Assembly (NCBI GenBank): GCA_051362555.1
Contig: CM120641.1
Location: 12,276,001 to 12,340,000, forward strand
From: Lingula anatina
Lineage: Eukaryota > Animalia > Brachiopoda
Direction: 5' to 3'
DNA: 64,000 bases
In this document: positions 27,022-39,975 of the stretch, one piece after another
How the letters are laid out: the number at the start of each line of letters is the position of its first letter
Position numbering within the stretch: position 1 is the first letter of the stretch
Program-made: the position numbers and the translations under genes
Notes under the pieces: model-generated
What the model was told of the DNA's origin: nothing
The model's input: the letters and a program-made list of their open reading frames with translations, nothing else
Databases searched by the model: none

Positions 27022-27939
27022 CGATAACAGGCCTAACCAACTACCAGACTCAGCACCAACGGATCCAGAATAAACCGGTATATCAGACCACACTACCCAT
27101 TTTCAAGGTGTGTGTCAGATCGCATTACAGAGTATCAGCCACCACACCGATTTTGCCTGGTGCGCGATGTGATAGCGATGATCGTAGTAATAGATAGACC
27201 CGAGTCAGCGAGGGTTATGTGGCATACATGAGTGCGAAGCACGAGTGGATGTCACATAACCCTCGCTGACGAGGGATCTATCTTATTTAGACCACGGGTC
27301 CATTAGCGGGTTATAACGCATTCATGCGAGACGTGCAGTTATGCGAGTTACACCACGTCTGAATCTTTTGTTCTTCACTTCCACCGTGGTCTAAAGCAGG
27401 GTTGGAAAGTAGTGCATCTCATCTAGATTCATGCGCTGCTGCAATTTTCCCTGTTTATGCTAAAAATCTGACAATACCGCAATTTTTAACATAAAATTTA
27501 GGTTCGAACATAGCCAATGATGTTTTGTAAATAAGAACTTGCAAACTTATATATTCATTTAGAAAAGTAGACCTAATTTTGATAGCGGAAGCATATTCTG
27601 TCGGGGGTTAAATATTTTCTGGACGAGATTCAGTGAGTCGCTGTCGCCATGTTGTCACTCGGAACTACTCCGATGTCTCCGCACTTGACAATAGTATGGA
27701 GCTTGCGGAATGAGCCGAGGATTGCTGATTTCCATGTTGTTGTATTCATACGACTCCTACTTGATGAAAATGAGGCCCGATACCCGGATGACAGGTAGGC
27801 TTACAAAATTTGTGATGGGGTATGATACTCTGTAATGCGATCTGACACACACCTTGAAAACGGGTAGTGTGGTCTGATATACCAGTTTATTCTGGATCCA
27901 TAGGTGCTGAGTCTGGTAGTTGGGTAGGCCTGACTATCG
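27022..27939. mobile_element. ~920-bp non-autonomous element with ~115-bp TIRs and an internal ~90-bp palindrome
   Basis: 27022-27137 is the near-perfect reverse complement of 27823-27939; internal hairpin 27191-27283 centred on GTGCGAAGCAC; CpG-rich. Confidence 0.88.
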
Positions 27940-28391
27940 CATACCAATTTACAAAACATTGAAATTGACAATTAATGCTTGGTTGCCCTATGTACAGAAA
28001 CAAGTGGCCCAGATAAAGCAACTAATAAAAAGAGAGTTCCTGCTCTAAAAATGTTTACTTTTTATTTTTATTGTAAGAATATCAAGCATGTCACATAAAT
28101 GAGATATGAAAAGATGATATATGACATTATATTACATGATACAGCTGTATTTTGCCAAATGTAAGCCTTTATAATGTATTGATCTCCCCTACGAGCATTT
28201 CCAAACTTCAAGGATGATTATATATTCATTCCAAGCTGGCATGTCTTTTAGGTCATCACAGGTTAACTAGCTATCATATCATCCCTAAGACAATATCCTT
28301 CAAAACAATTCTTATTCTGCTCACAAAGCAGTCTAATCTGTTTATGGCCAAAAAAATCCTGTCATAGGTCATGACCATGCATAATGCTTAC

Positions 28392-28731
28392 CTTGATTTT
28401 TCCTACATGCACCATCCAAACATCCGCATTTGACTATCCAGCACTCCTTGGAACATGTACTTCCAGCCATTTCTTCTTGCTGGCATAAATCTGACATTGC
28501 ACATTTACCAACTAGTTGTCCAGCTAAGACTTCTCGTAACTCTTAAAGTACTTGTTCCGTATTTAAAACTGAAAAATCAGACCTTCTACTGGGACTATTA
28601 AAAATTCCACAACTAAACCTCTGGAGAAATTGCAGTGATTTCATGCAATTGGATCGGAATGTGTGGTACTTTTGGGTAGATTTGGTTGGTCCTTTTCTCA
28701 GATTAGAGGAGAAAAATCGATGGCAATGCAT
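28392..28731 (-). CDS. Candidate exon with 5' UTR and coding start (ATG 28497): MSDLCQQEEMAGSTCSKECWIVKCGCLDGACRKNQ, phase-1 donor; gene unidentified
   Basis: Acceptor atttcAG at 28732-28733, consensus donor AAG|GTAAGC; ATG with G at -3, open to the donor, in-frame stop upstream; Cys-rich peptide. Confidence 0.45.
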
Positions 28732-29089
28732 CTGAAATCTGTATTTTAATTAAATAAAGGAGAATTTCTTCATACTCTGATTTCCATGTGGTTCACATGA
28801 AGTGCCCAGATCTGCCGCAAGTGCCAAAAGCAATCAGAAATCTAGAGCCCTTTGCTTCATATTAAATGTGAAAAGGTGAACTGTGAAATTGCCACACAGT
28901 TGACAGAATTAAAATATCAAGATTCAATAAAATGATCTTGTCTCTGAGGGATAGGTTAAATTTTCTTGCAGGAGTGATACAACCAAAGAATTAACTCCTA
29001 TGGCTTTTTTCAGTGAGGTTTACAGAGATACTGGAGAAACTTGATCTTAAAGCAAATCTTCTTGGCAGGCTTTGCAACTCAATTTGTTT

Positions 29090-29320
29090 ACAATTATAAA
29101 CACATTCAGCAAAATATATCAAAAACATCTGAAACTAGAAATTGATTAATTATGTACAGATTTTGATAAAATTTTCAGGATAGGTCACAGACAGACCAAG
29201 AAAGAAATGATAATATTTGAGTGATGATTAAGTAATTAATTAATGGTTTATCATAAGTTAATTATTTGTCTTGGTGGAGGTTGCTCTCTCTGAGAGAAAT
29301 TTTGAGTGCTTTTCTCGTTT
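29090..29320 (+). mobile_element. Remnant end of a Helentron-associated non-autonomous element
   Basis: Ends cttggtggaggttgctctctctgag..tgagtgcttttctcgttt, resembling the ggcggagg..cgctctctgagtgc.ttctagtt terminus recalled for such elements; left boundary approximate. Confidence 0.4.
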
Positions 29321-30248
29321 CAGATGATAAATCCTATTTAAGTTCTAAGTTCTCAATATTCTAGTCTTCGACTCACTGAAATGGAGAGTCTGGTCAGAAT
29401 TTCACTCTCAATAGTACAGATCAGAAATTAAGAACAAGTGTGTAGATAATAATTTTCTCTGTGTTTTTGGATAAGGTAAACTATGTAACTTGATAATAAA
29501 ATTCCTGAATTTTCCAGAATTTTTTCATTGTTATATTAAGGTCAAATATGCACCATAATATTATTTGCTGTCATATTAGAAAAAACTTAAACTCATATTC
29601 TGTTACTGAATATAAATGTACACATTCCAAACCAACATCTTTATACTAAAGGGGAGGTAGGGTGGAAGGGGGTGTACAATATATACACTGAGTATATGCT
29701 ATTATTCTATAAATATAATTACCTAAGTTCAGTATCTCAAGACTAACAAATTTATTTGGCTTTCTTTTAATGAGGAGTCCAATGGGACCAGGTTCAGGGG
29801 AAATTTAAATACATTTCCATTTAACAAGTAATACCCATGCAGTTATTAAAGATGAAGCTATTTAAGGCTCATCTAGACTGCAATTTACTGAATTCCCAAT
29901 GGGCAGCTAAATGGAATTCAACTCACAGTGAAACCCCATCCAGTTATCTTAACTGTGACTATCTCCCTATACTTTCAAAATATTGACTGAACATTTTGAT
30001 GCTTAATTTCTTAATCAATTTTGTAAGTAAACAATAGTCATATAGGTTTCATGAAGTTTCAAAATGGAGCAATTCAAAATGATTGCTTGCAATTGGTACA
30101 TGTAACATTTACAAGGGTATCCAATTCTCTGCTATTATGTAGCTATTAAGCTAATATGTCTGCTGCATGCCTAGAATTAGGATTAGATCAATTAGGATCA
30201 AGAGATTGCATAAGTACTATGCCCAGAAAGGAGACTAAGTGTTGGTTG

Positions 30249-30325
30249 AACCAGGGAATTACATCGTAGACAATATTATTCCCTGGTTGAACTTAGTAGA
30301 GGATGCGATCTGGGCACCAACAACT

Positions 30326-30356
<31 letters not shown>
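30249..30356. repeat. Short hairpin (aaccagggaat...attccctggtt) followed by a 29-nt poly(A) run at 30328-30356
   Basis: 11-bp inverted arms and A run seen directly. Confidence 0.7.
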
Positions 30357-30360
<4 letters not shown>

Positions 30361-32001
30361 AATGTACTATGAAAAATGTCATCAGTAAAGTCCAAATTTT
30401 TAAATACACAAACCTTGACAAGGGATTGGTAGTCTAATTTATACATTCTCTATACTGTATGAAGACAAAACTGGTCTTTAAATCATAATCGACTTAACCT
30501 GGACAATGAGGAATTTTAAATGGAGTTTTGCCATAGAAATAAAAAACTCTTTAAAATAAAAAAAACACATTTAAATGTTTTTTAATGTTTCTTTTAAAAA
30601 CTTTTTCAATTGAGAAAACTAAAAATATAATTTTGAAACTTCTTACATCGTGCCTGCTGTGCTTATCTCACAGAGTTATTTTCAGCATTATGTCTTGGGA
30701 CCAGTTAAAGATAGCAATGGGGATAGATGAGATAATTATCAGAAAAAGCCATTTCCTGGACCTTTTTCATGCCAAATGTGTCAAGCCATCCTCAATCATA
30801 TCCTCCCCCCCCCCCCCCCCCCCATTACATAATGAAGTTCTTGCCCACATGAAGGTAAACATTAAACATTACTTGTATACCAATACCAAAAGCGTCCATT
30901 GACAACCGAGTCTGGGATTAGCTGCAACACTCACAATTAAATGGTGTATTGAAATTTCAATCATCTATTTGTGGAACACTATGGTACACACTGAGACAGT
31001 GTGTTCTTAAACCCAGTGCATTATGCCATTGCTTTAGTTGTTATCGAAAATGCATTCTGGTTGTTACGGATACAATCCAACACAATTACTCCAGGCCCTA
31101 TCATGTAAAAACTTTTTTCTTTATTGATTATGGCAAAAAAAAATTATCATATTCATCCCGACCATGTATATTTATCATTTTTGTTACCATTTTTTAACAA
31201 CCTATTATCCACCTGAGGCTGGATCAATCATATCATCAAGCTCAGTTACCGTTTTCAATTATTTTTAGCTAAAATAATGTTTGTATAGATGAAGTCATAT
31301 ATGCATGTAAATGACACTTTTCCGCCAGTCCTCACATACAGCATTTACCTTAGGTTCTCTGCTATGGGGTTAACTCTATTAGTTCAGCAACAAAAACATG
31401 ATAAATTCATTCTGTGCCAAAACCCCTAAGGTAGATTGATATGTTAGAATGGTATAATTTGGTAAAAATAGCTTTTTCCTCCTTGTTTCTTTTAGGGAAA
31501 ATGCTTATCTGTAAATGCATTAAAATTCAAAACTTTAAGAGCAAAAACACCCTTTTTAGTTGTTATATTTACCAATTCACATGCTTCTACTTTTAAGCTC
31601 TGATCACAAATATAAGGCAATGATCACAAATATAAGGCTCAAGAAAAACTACATGTATTTGGTTTGTAAGGCTTGACGATTCGAACATTATTCTAGTATC
31701 TTTAAAGGGTAGAAGTAAACAATCTAAAGGCAATAAGCATGATTCTCATACACACAAGTACTGCAATTTAAATACAAAAAATCATACTGATGTGTTTTGA
31801 TCAGTTTTTATTTAAAGTGTGCACTAAATGGGCATCTTGTTGTCACCTTCGATTAACAGAGCTTTTTGCAATGAAACAACCAGAGCAATGTGCGCCTCCT
31901 GTCAGATTTAATTAACGAGTGCCTTTTTCTGAGTGCCCTTTTGATCAAGCCTCGAGAGCCTTTTGCACTGGACTGCCCTAAGCGAGGGCACTTTCTGTCA
32001 G

Positions 32002-32938
32002 GGCTCTATAACTTGAAAGCATTGCAAATTGAGATCGCATACAAGCACAGCAATCCATTGCTATTTGCAGTGGCGATTGCGCCCACCCATTAACTCGAAG
32101 CCTTAACAACGCATCGCAATTATAGCTTCGAATGCTACTAAAATCCAATTGCCGCATATAAAGATGATTTCATAACACAATTACACATAATGTAATTTTA
32201 TTTCAGTATGTTGCTAATCAAGAGATTTTATTTATAGAAATATTACAATTACAAATACTGATATTGATATTTAAAGTGTTTGACACCAGTAACAAAAACA
32301 ATTTAATAAGCAAAGCACACGTGTTTGGTCTGACACAATTACTGACACAATGGTGATCAGTAGTGTTCAGTCTCACAATAACAGACACCGAGGAAGGTCA
32401 TAGTGTGACTGAATGCTTTGTTTTTGCTTTTTTCATTTTGTGTAGAAAATGAAACTTCTAAACTTATGATTATTATCAATGGACTACGCAGAACAATATT
32501 CATCAGATATGAAATGTTTAATTTTTAAATTTCTATTTATAACAAAACTTGACTTACCCAGATAGCAAGATGACGTCGGGCCAACGTCTTCTTGCTATCT
32601 GGGTTAAGCAAGATTCATGTGAAAATTTACTGCAAGTTTTCCTATCAGAGGTACCAAGTGACTCAATCTTTCATAAGCTTTCATGCTTTGTTATATGCTA
32701 TTATGGCTAGCAACCCAAACTTGCCACCATGTTTAATTACATTTAATTACACTTTAAAATGATGAATTATGCATCTGTAAAGGCCATTGCAACAGGATTT
32801 ACTTGTAGCCAATAATAGCTTTGAAACTATAGATGATATTGCTAGGTTGCAAATTGCGTTGCTTTTGAGTTATAGAATAGGACGAATCGCCATGCTTGCG
32901 CTCAGTCGCAATTTGCAATGCTTTCAAGTTATGGAGCC
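32002..32938. mobile_element. PIF/Harbinger-like MITE with CAG TSD
   Basis: TIR GGCTCTATAACTTGAAAGCATTGCAAATTG / CAATTTGCAATGCTTTCAAGTTATGGAGCC; cag at 31999-32001 and 32939-32941. Confidence 0.85.
32557..32603. mobile_element. 47-bp mini-element with CCCAG termini (CACTA/EnSpm-like)
   Basis: Perfect 14-bp TIR CCCAGATAGCAAGA/TCTTGCTATCTGGG; tta on both flanks. Confidence 0.75.
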
Positions 32939-35900
32939 CAGTTTGAATAAATTAGCACCTTTTCTGGGATCTGGGTTCCCTAGAGCCTTTTTTAGGGCTT
33001 TTCCAACCAGTGCCACTGGGGCACTTGTTTCTATAAAAGGGTTCTAACTTGTAGCAAAAGAGCAGGACAGAGTACAATTAGTGACTCGAGAATTAAAGAT
33101 TAGTGATTTGAGTAACAGTACAGAGTTTAGAGTAGAAACGGTCAAGATATATAATGGGAAGCCAGTTGTGACTTTTGAGTGAAATTTAGCTGAATAAACT
33201 TCATAGTTTTATTTGCAACTGGTGGCAGCGTTTACTTGGAATTTCATCTATCCCACTTAGAAAAGGAAGTAAAAACGTGGCAATACCATTTGATCCTCCT
33301 TTATGATATCCTGGATCCCCACATAGGTTTTCAACAATACATACTGGCATACACTTTAAATTTCCATGGAAAAATCAAATTTTCCAGAATTAACATAGTA
33401 ACACAGTAGAGGTACACTCTATGTACCACTCCATGAGATTTACCTGCCAAAATGAATTTTCTCAGGGAAAAAAGCAATTGTCCCATACTCACGAAAATTT
33501 ATCTATCCCCCTCTGCACTTGGATTCTACCTTTGACAAAATTTATAAAGTTTGATTTTAACTTAAAATGATTGGCCAGTCATTATAACAATACCATTTTC
33601 CTATAAACTCCAATGGAATTATCAACAGCAGTTATGCTCCAGAAAGACATATTTTAGGGGTTAACCCATTTGTAAAGTATATACAATATTTTATAAGAAG
33701 CTGTAGATGGCAAAAATAAGCATTTAGGGGATTTTCAAACCCATGATGTATACCTTTAAGTTTCTAGTTCCTAAGAGATACATGTACATGTAGGTAATGA
33801 GCAACTTCAAGTACCAAATAACACCTTATCCCCTGATAGAATTATTAAACTATGCATGCATCTTTTAGTAAGAGTGAAAATTTTTCAATTCAGCTAAACA
33901 CTATTACAGACAGTCCAGAATGTGAATCTTTTTAATAAAAGCAAATGTTGCTCTCATTCTGATGAATCCCTTGGTTAGGAGCAAAGAGGTCTTGAAAAAA
34001 GCATTTGGTAGTAAATTTTGTTACAGTTTAGTCAACTGTCTGCTTTTTAAATCCAATACACGCCAAATTGCCATCATGCTGCAGTTCCCGAAGGTGATCA
34101 AGTATCACCAATGGAACCAACTATAGTTTTCTGTTCTTACCATTCAAAGCCTTGCATTCAAGTCAGGATTTAATGTAATACTTATCTCCCTATGATTGCT
34201 AAAGAAATGTTTTCTACAAATCAATCTGTACCCTGAGTATCTGACATAGCTTTTTGGGAAAAATGTCATAATTTGGAAATCCCAAATGCTGACACAGCAT
34301 TTTAGGAGCAGGTACTAAATGACAATATGTCAGACTTCACTATATCTTTAAAGAAACAGACTGAAATGTACAAAATATTTTCAAAGTGAGATATGTAAAA
34401 ATCAAAGTCCAACAATTATGATTGCATAGTTTTGTCATTGCTTTTAACTTTACAGTTTTTTTTAAATTCCAAAACACTCTTTAATTTCACCTGAAAGTAG
34501 CACATCCTGACATTTTTACATAAATAATCACCAAAAGATTAAGCCAGGCAGTTTTCCACAGTGGCTACTATAATTACAAATTTTGAGATAATGAATCATC
34601 TAACTTTCATTTAATAGGCATTTTCCTTAGCTCTGGGACCTTTTTCACAAAAGAGCTTTGGCCCAAAAAGTGGTCTTAATTTACTCATCAAAATCTTATT
34701 CGCTCTGACACAAGATTAACTGATAGTTTCTTGTCAATTAATATACTGTGCCTGTTTTAAAACAGGAAAGGCATGGCTCTACTGTTTAAGACCAACTCCA
34801 GTTGAAAAAGTACCATCAGAATTTGATCAGACATGTCTGAGAAAGTTTGACTGGAAAGGACAGAAAATAGTCAGAAACTACAGTAAATGGTCACGGATAC
34901 TGGGGAATACTCTAAAAATTGCAGTAAAAATAGCCGAAATACTTAAATGAGCTTTGTCCCAGTATTTCCTAAAATTAGGTCAGAAAAATTCTCAGCATTT
35001 CCTACAACATTTTGTCCAAGTGAATTACTCTAAGTTTTAAATGTCTTTACTGTTATTATGCTCTCTAAAACCACCCAAGGCGGAATGGAATGAGACGAAC
35101 AACAGGTTTAACCATTATCATGATCACCTCAAGTTCGCTAAACAATGCCTGTTGGGAACTGTGCAATGCCATCTATGATATTGCTCCAGTACCAGCTTAT
35201 GATTTTAAAAATCTGTCAAAATTTTAATCTTGACAAAATTGTAGAGGCTTTTGAGGTCGTGAATCTGCCCAGATGCTGCATGAAAAGGGATTTACAGGCA
35301 GTATACAGTGTACATGTAGGAGCACTGTGCAGACATCGCATGACAAATATAATCTAGGCTTAAGTAACAGTGACGAGGGGGCCTGTAGGACTAGTGAATG
35401 AAGTGGTACACTTTCAGTTAATGGTTGACTGGTTACATGAAGATCCACCTCCTAGTATTTCCCTTTATTCTAATTGATAATGGGACACTGTGTTAAATTT
35501 CTTTGAATGGGCTGAAATCACTGAAACAGAAAATCCATCTTTTTAACACCTCATAACAGCTTAGCTAATGCTCATTCGATCATTGCAAAAGATTAGCTAA
35601 AAAATCTACCACGACTTTTTTTCTCATTTTTGATCTTCCATCAGGCAGACAATAGAGCCTTCAAAGTAAAAATATCTCAGCCAATAGCCCAATTACATTA
35701 AGTAACAGCAATATGCATCTAATAGACATTTCATGTTGTTTTTACTGTGTGATAATTGCAAGGCAATTTTCTTGCTTGTTCCATGCATGGTTGCCCCAGC
35801 AACCAGTTGTGTGTATACTTAAAGCTGGGATGTAGCATGTAGACAATCACAAACAAATCTGTGAGTGTGTACAGATAAAAGCAAAGAACCATTATTTTCA

Positions 35901-37407
35901 TGTATAAAACTAAGCTTCTGTTTAACAGACTGAGGCATTTATCAGCATGCAACAACTTGTTATGCCTACTATGAAGGAATGCTGTCTTGAATTAAAATCA
36001 TTGCCAGTCTAGCTGTTATACAAAAGATAAACAGTAAAAAAGCTATCTCTCAGAACAAGCCTCTTTGAACCAAATAACAGCCAAAGACAACTTTTTACTT
36101 GCCTTATGTACATGTATCAATTACAGCCAGAAGTGTATCAAAAAGGAGCCTATCAAAAAGGAGTATGTTTTTCAAAAATATACCTAAAATTCCCATTGAC
36201 TTATTTGAAACTTCTAAACCTCTGCATATATTGATTTTAAACAACAGGTTTTTTTTTTCAAAAGCAAATTCTATCTCCATACACAGTTAATATACCTTTC
36301 TCTGTTTCATTTCCTTACACCAGGAATCGAAGTACTGTATTTAATGTATCAGGACATGCAATGCCTTCAACTAAGGAAAACAACAATATCAAATAATCCA
36401 AATAGTGATATTAAACAAGGGCATTATTTGTATAGTAATGTTCTAAGTATATCAAATTAGAAAAAAAAAACATAACTGTCTTGCACTGAATTCATTTTAT
36501 TGGGTTATTATTACTACATCCAAGGTTCATGCCATCCCCTAAAATGCACATATCATTACAGCTTGAACACTGTAAGTCAATTAATAATGCAACAGATAAA
36601 AGTTAATTTCATAACACAGAGCATGTGTGTTATCTTCCATAAATCTAATTTGATCTTGAATAAATGCATCACACATCCCACAGGATTCCCCTTTGATTAG
36701 CAAATTCCATTATCGGAATTTCACTTTAAAGCATTATCAGTTTTTGGCAATTGTTTTCACTTGAAACAGCAAAGCCAACAAAACTACGAATAACATATAA
36801 TGGAGTTGGCAAAATTTATGGTTCTCAATAATAAAGTTGGCAAAAATACATATATAATGAAAGTAATTATTGAGAAAGATATGCCAAAGATTATGTAATT
36901 AATACCATTCAAGTAACAACAATTTTCTACAATAAACATCTGCCAATAACTGAGTGCCATCACGCATACCAGCACTAGTATGGAAGCAATAGCCTATTCA
37001 AAACCACTGTGTGTTGACCGCATGCTTTTTAAATCTGTCAGCACCAGTTTTATTTTTTTAATAAAGGGTGAAATTTGATCTACAAACATTTATACAGGCC
37101 ATCTCAGGTCAATTTCATTATGTCAGAACATAATCATATGCACATCTGACAGACTTTTTTGTATCATGTAAATTGCTTACAAGCTTTAAATTATATACAG
37201 GCAAGTACCAGAGTGTCATATCTTACAATCTTTGAAGAAAAAAAGAAAATTGTGGCATTTGTCATACATATCTACATGCAGGTACTAGTATATTTATCTG
37301 ATATCCTATCAAATGGCAACCCTTGGTGTACTGTACATAAATTGGACAGTTATTCAGCAGAAACCTGTTGACTATATATATTCAACATTTCCCAGTGCTG
37401 CCAACAT

Positions 37408-37444
<37 letters not shown>

Positions 37445-39558
37445 TGTTCTCACATCAGTTCATCCAATATCTGCTGCAGGTTAATTGGTCCCTATGATTA
37501 ACTGGAAACAACATCATCATATAGATGGGACTTTCAGACCAGTACCGGTACTTGTGGAAGCATCAATTAATTCTTCATCCTGCTGTCCATTTGCCTTAAT
37601 ACCTTCATCATGCTTGGTTTAGTCTAATCAATTACTGGCCTACAGCTAGGTTACCTGAAGTCCTGAACACTGAACGAAATACAGTCACATACTGGCTTAT
37701 TTTAGTAAAAAATTTACCATGATGTTAATTATTGTTTTAGTTAAGATAATACATTTTTGAAAAATGTGCATGTACTTGAATGAACTGCATTCAACTTTTC
37801 ATTTCTTTTCTTTACCATCTTTAGCGTGTGTCAAATCATTTTGTTGAAAAAGTCTCACATGGGTATATGATGAAAAACACACACACACACACACACACTT
37901 AATTATTAACACAATACATACTGTATCTCCCAGTGATTTACAATGAATGACCCTTTTTATTTTAGATATTTGGATAGAAAATGATGCATCCCATTTCAAG
38001 CATAAAAAACCTTATTTATATCTGATTTCAAACAATAAATGCACACGGTAACTGCAGCATTTTATATACTGTGGTCAAATAAACTGTTGGCCTTTGATAG
38101 TGAACACTGACAGCTGAATCAATAATCACTTACTTCAGATATCAAATTTACTTATTTCATTAAGCATTATTTGTCAAGATGAACGTCAAGTCATACAATG
38201 AACATCCTAGAAAACCATTTATTTAATATATGACAACTATAAACATGTATATTGGTCTGCCTTCTTACTGTTCTGAAAGTAGCTTAAATTAAGCTGTCAT
38301 CAACTGTGAGGAGGATAGTTAGTGCCAGGGTATGAAGAAGACCTACAAAGAATCTTCATTTCATAACTTTGTCAAGGTGCTCAGGCTTGCTACTCACTAT
38401 CATGAAGTGTCTCCTGTGAAAACTTCATATAATTCACATTTTTATTAAGCACTGTGGCATCTTCATTTGGTCAAGTAAAGGTAACACATACATGTACTAG
38501 CTATAGGCATTGAGGAAAGCATTGAGAATAGACTTATGAGATAGTCCTTTCTTAAAACAACACAGGAGTGGGTTTCAAAGCATTTATTGCTTTCTAACTA
38601 CTGTCACTAACTAAGTTACATTTTAACAGGCCAATTAAGCAATGAAGCATATTATAAGCACAAGAGGCATTATGTACATGTAAGCTTTAAAATATATTAA
38701 ATACAGAGTTCACAAATCACAGTTCATAAATTTAACTTGGCAGAGAATAAAAACCCTCCTCCCAATGAATGTAGAAGATAATGTTAATGTGAAAAAGTCA
38801 GTGCAAGTTGTTTCACAGTTGTCAACATGTTGGGATTGATGTAACAGAAAATGGCTCCTTTTCTCTAGTTGCCCAGAGACTTTACAATCGGCAGGGGTAT
38901 GCCCGCCGTTACCAACCACGTTGCTCTTCCTATGTGTATTATAGGAGTTCGAGGATAGTCCTTCCTGCATGGCATGTTTGAACAGAGAATGAAAGCTATC
39001 CAACAGTTGTCATATTTCTAAATTAGAGAGACCCTTATTTTGCCTACTTAATTTTCAAAAATTGTCAATCTAATATACTGTTAGTTAATAAAGCATTTAT
39101 TATATAGATGAGGAGTGGTGAAAAAATGGAAACAGATAGAAAAGATAACCATTAACCATTGCAATTTTTTAAAAGCACCATTTCTTCAATAGAAAAAAGT
39201 ACCACCATCAGTGACTTGGATCTAATTATATACGGTAATATGCCAAACAATTCGACCAAGATTAATTAATTAATTTCATGGAAATGTCAGTTTGGTCCAA
39301 TTGATTAAAATACAGCAAATGGAAACCTTTGATATCGTCGGATTGTTAGGGGTATCTGCCAAAACGTCCATCTTTCCGGAAGTATTGTATTTTACCGGAA
39401 GTGTTACGCAAGATAAGCCGCAATTTTCCCCTAACACGTGTTTCAGGCTTGTTTTATCCTCCTTTTAAAATCTTATTTTGCTGTGTACAATATGTGCTAA
39501 CATTAATTAACATTAAAAAAGACGACAATAATAATTTCTAATTATATATTTCCCTCAC

Positions 39559-39574
39559 CTACGATCATTTTCAT
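39559..39574 (-). CDS. Candidate coding end of an alternative first exon: MKMIV, phase 1
   Basis: gcatcATGAAAATGATCGTAG|GTGAGG; A at -3, strong donor, inside the CpG island. Confidence 0.4.
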
Positions 39575-39959
39575 GATGCGCTTCAAGAGTGGGACGAGTA
39601 TTTCCCCAGAGACGGGTGTTGTAAACAAAGGCCGGTCACTTATATTTGAAACCGGTAGCTTTAGTAGACTTAAACTAGTTATGTGATCTACGTTCGCCCT
39701 ATTTGAATTTTAATATGACAACTGAAATCAACCGAATTGAAATTTTTTACCAGTCTGAGATCAGTTGTTTTCAACCCGCAAGGCTTGCTCAGCGTCGAGG
39801 CGTAGACGTACTTCCGAAGAAAATTCAATCACCCGTATCAAAGAATACCAACTGGCACTCAAACAGAATTCAGTGTAACTTCAAATTACTTATAAGTATT
39901 TTATTTAAAAAGCATGTCATATTAAAACATATTGAGAAAAGGCAAAATACGGAGCCTAC

Positions 39960-39975
39960 CTGTGCCGATAGACAT
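39960..39975 (-). CDS. Candidate coding end of an alternative first exon: MSIGT, phase 1 (may be non-coding)
   Basis: ATGTCTATCGGCACAG|GTAGGC; good donor, weak Kozak context. Confidence 0.25.

Larger units (their letters stand above)
31858..33047. mobile_element. Old TIR element hosting a nested MITE
   Basis: Left agagctttttgcaatgaaacaa vs reverse complement of right agaacccttttatagaaacaa; both halves share gtgcc/gagcctttt subrepeats. Confidence 0.5.
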
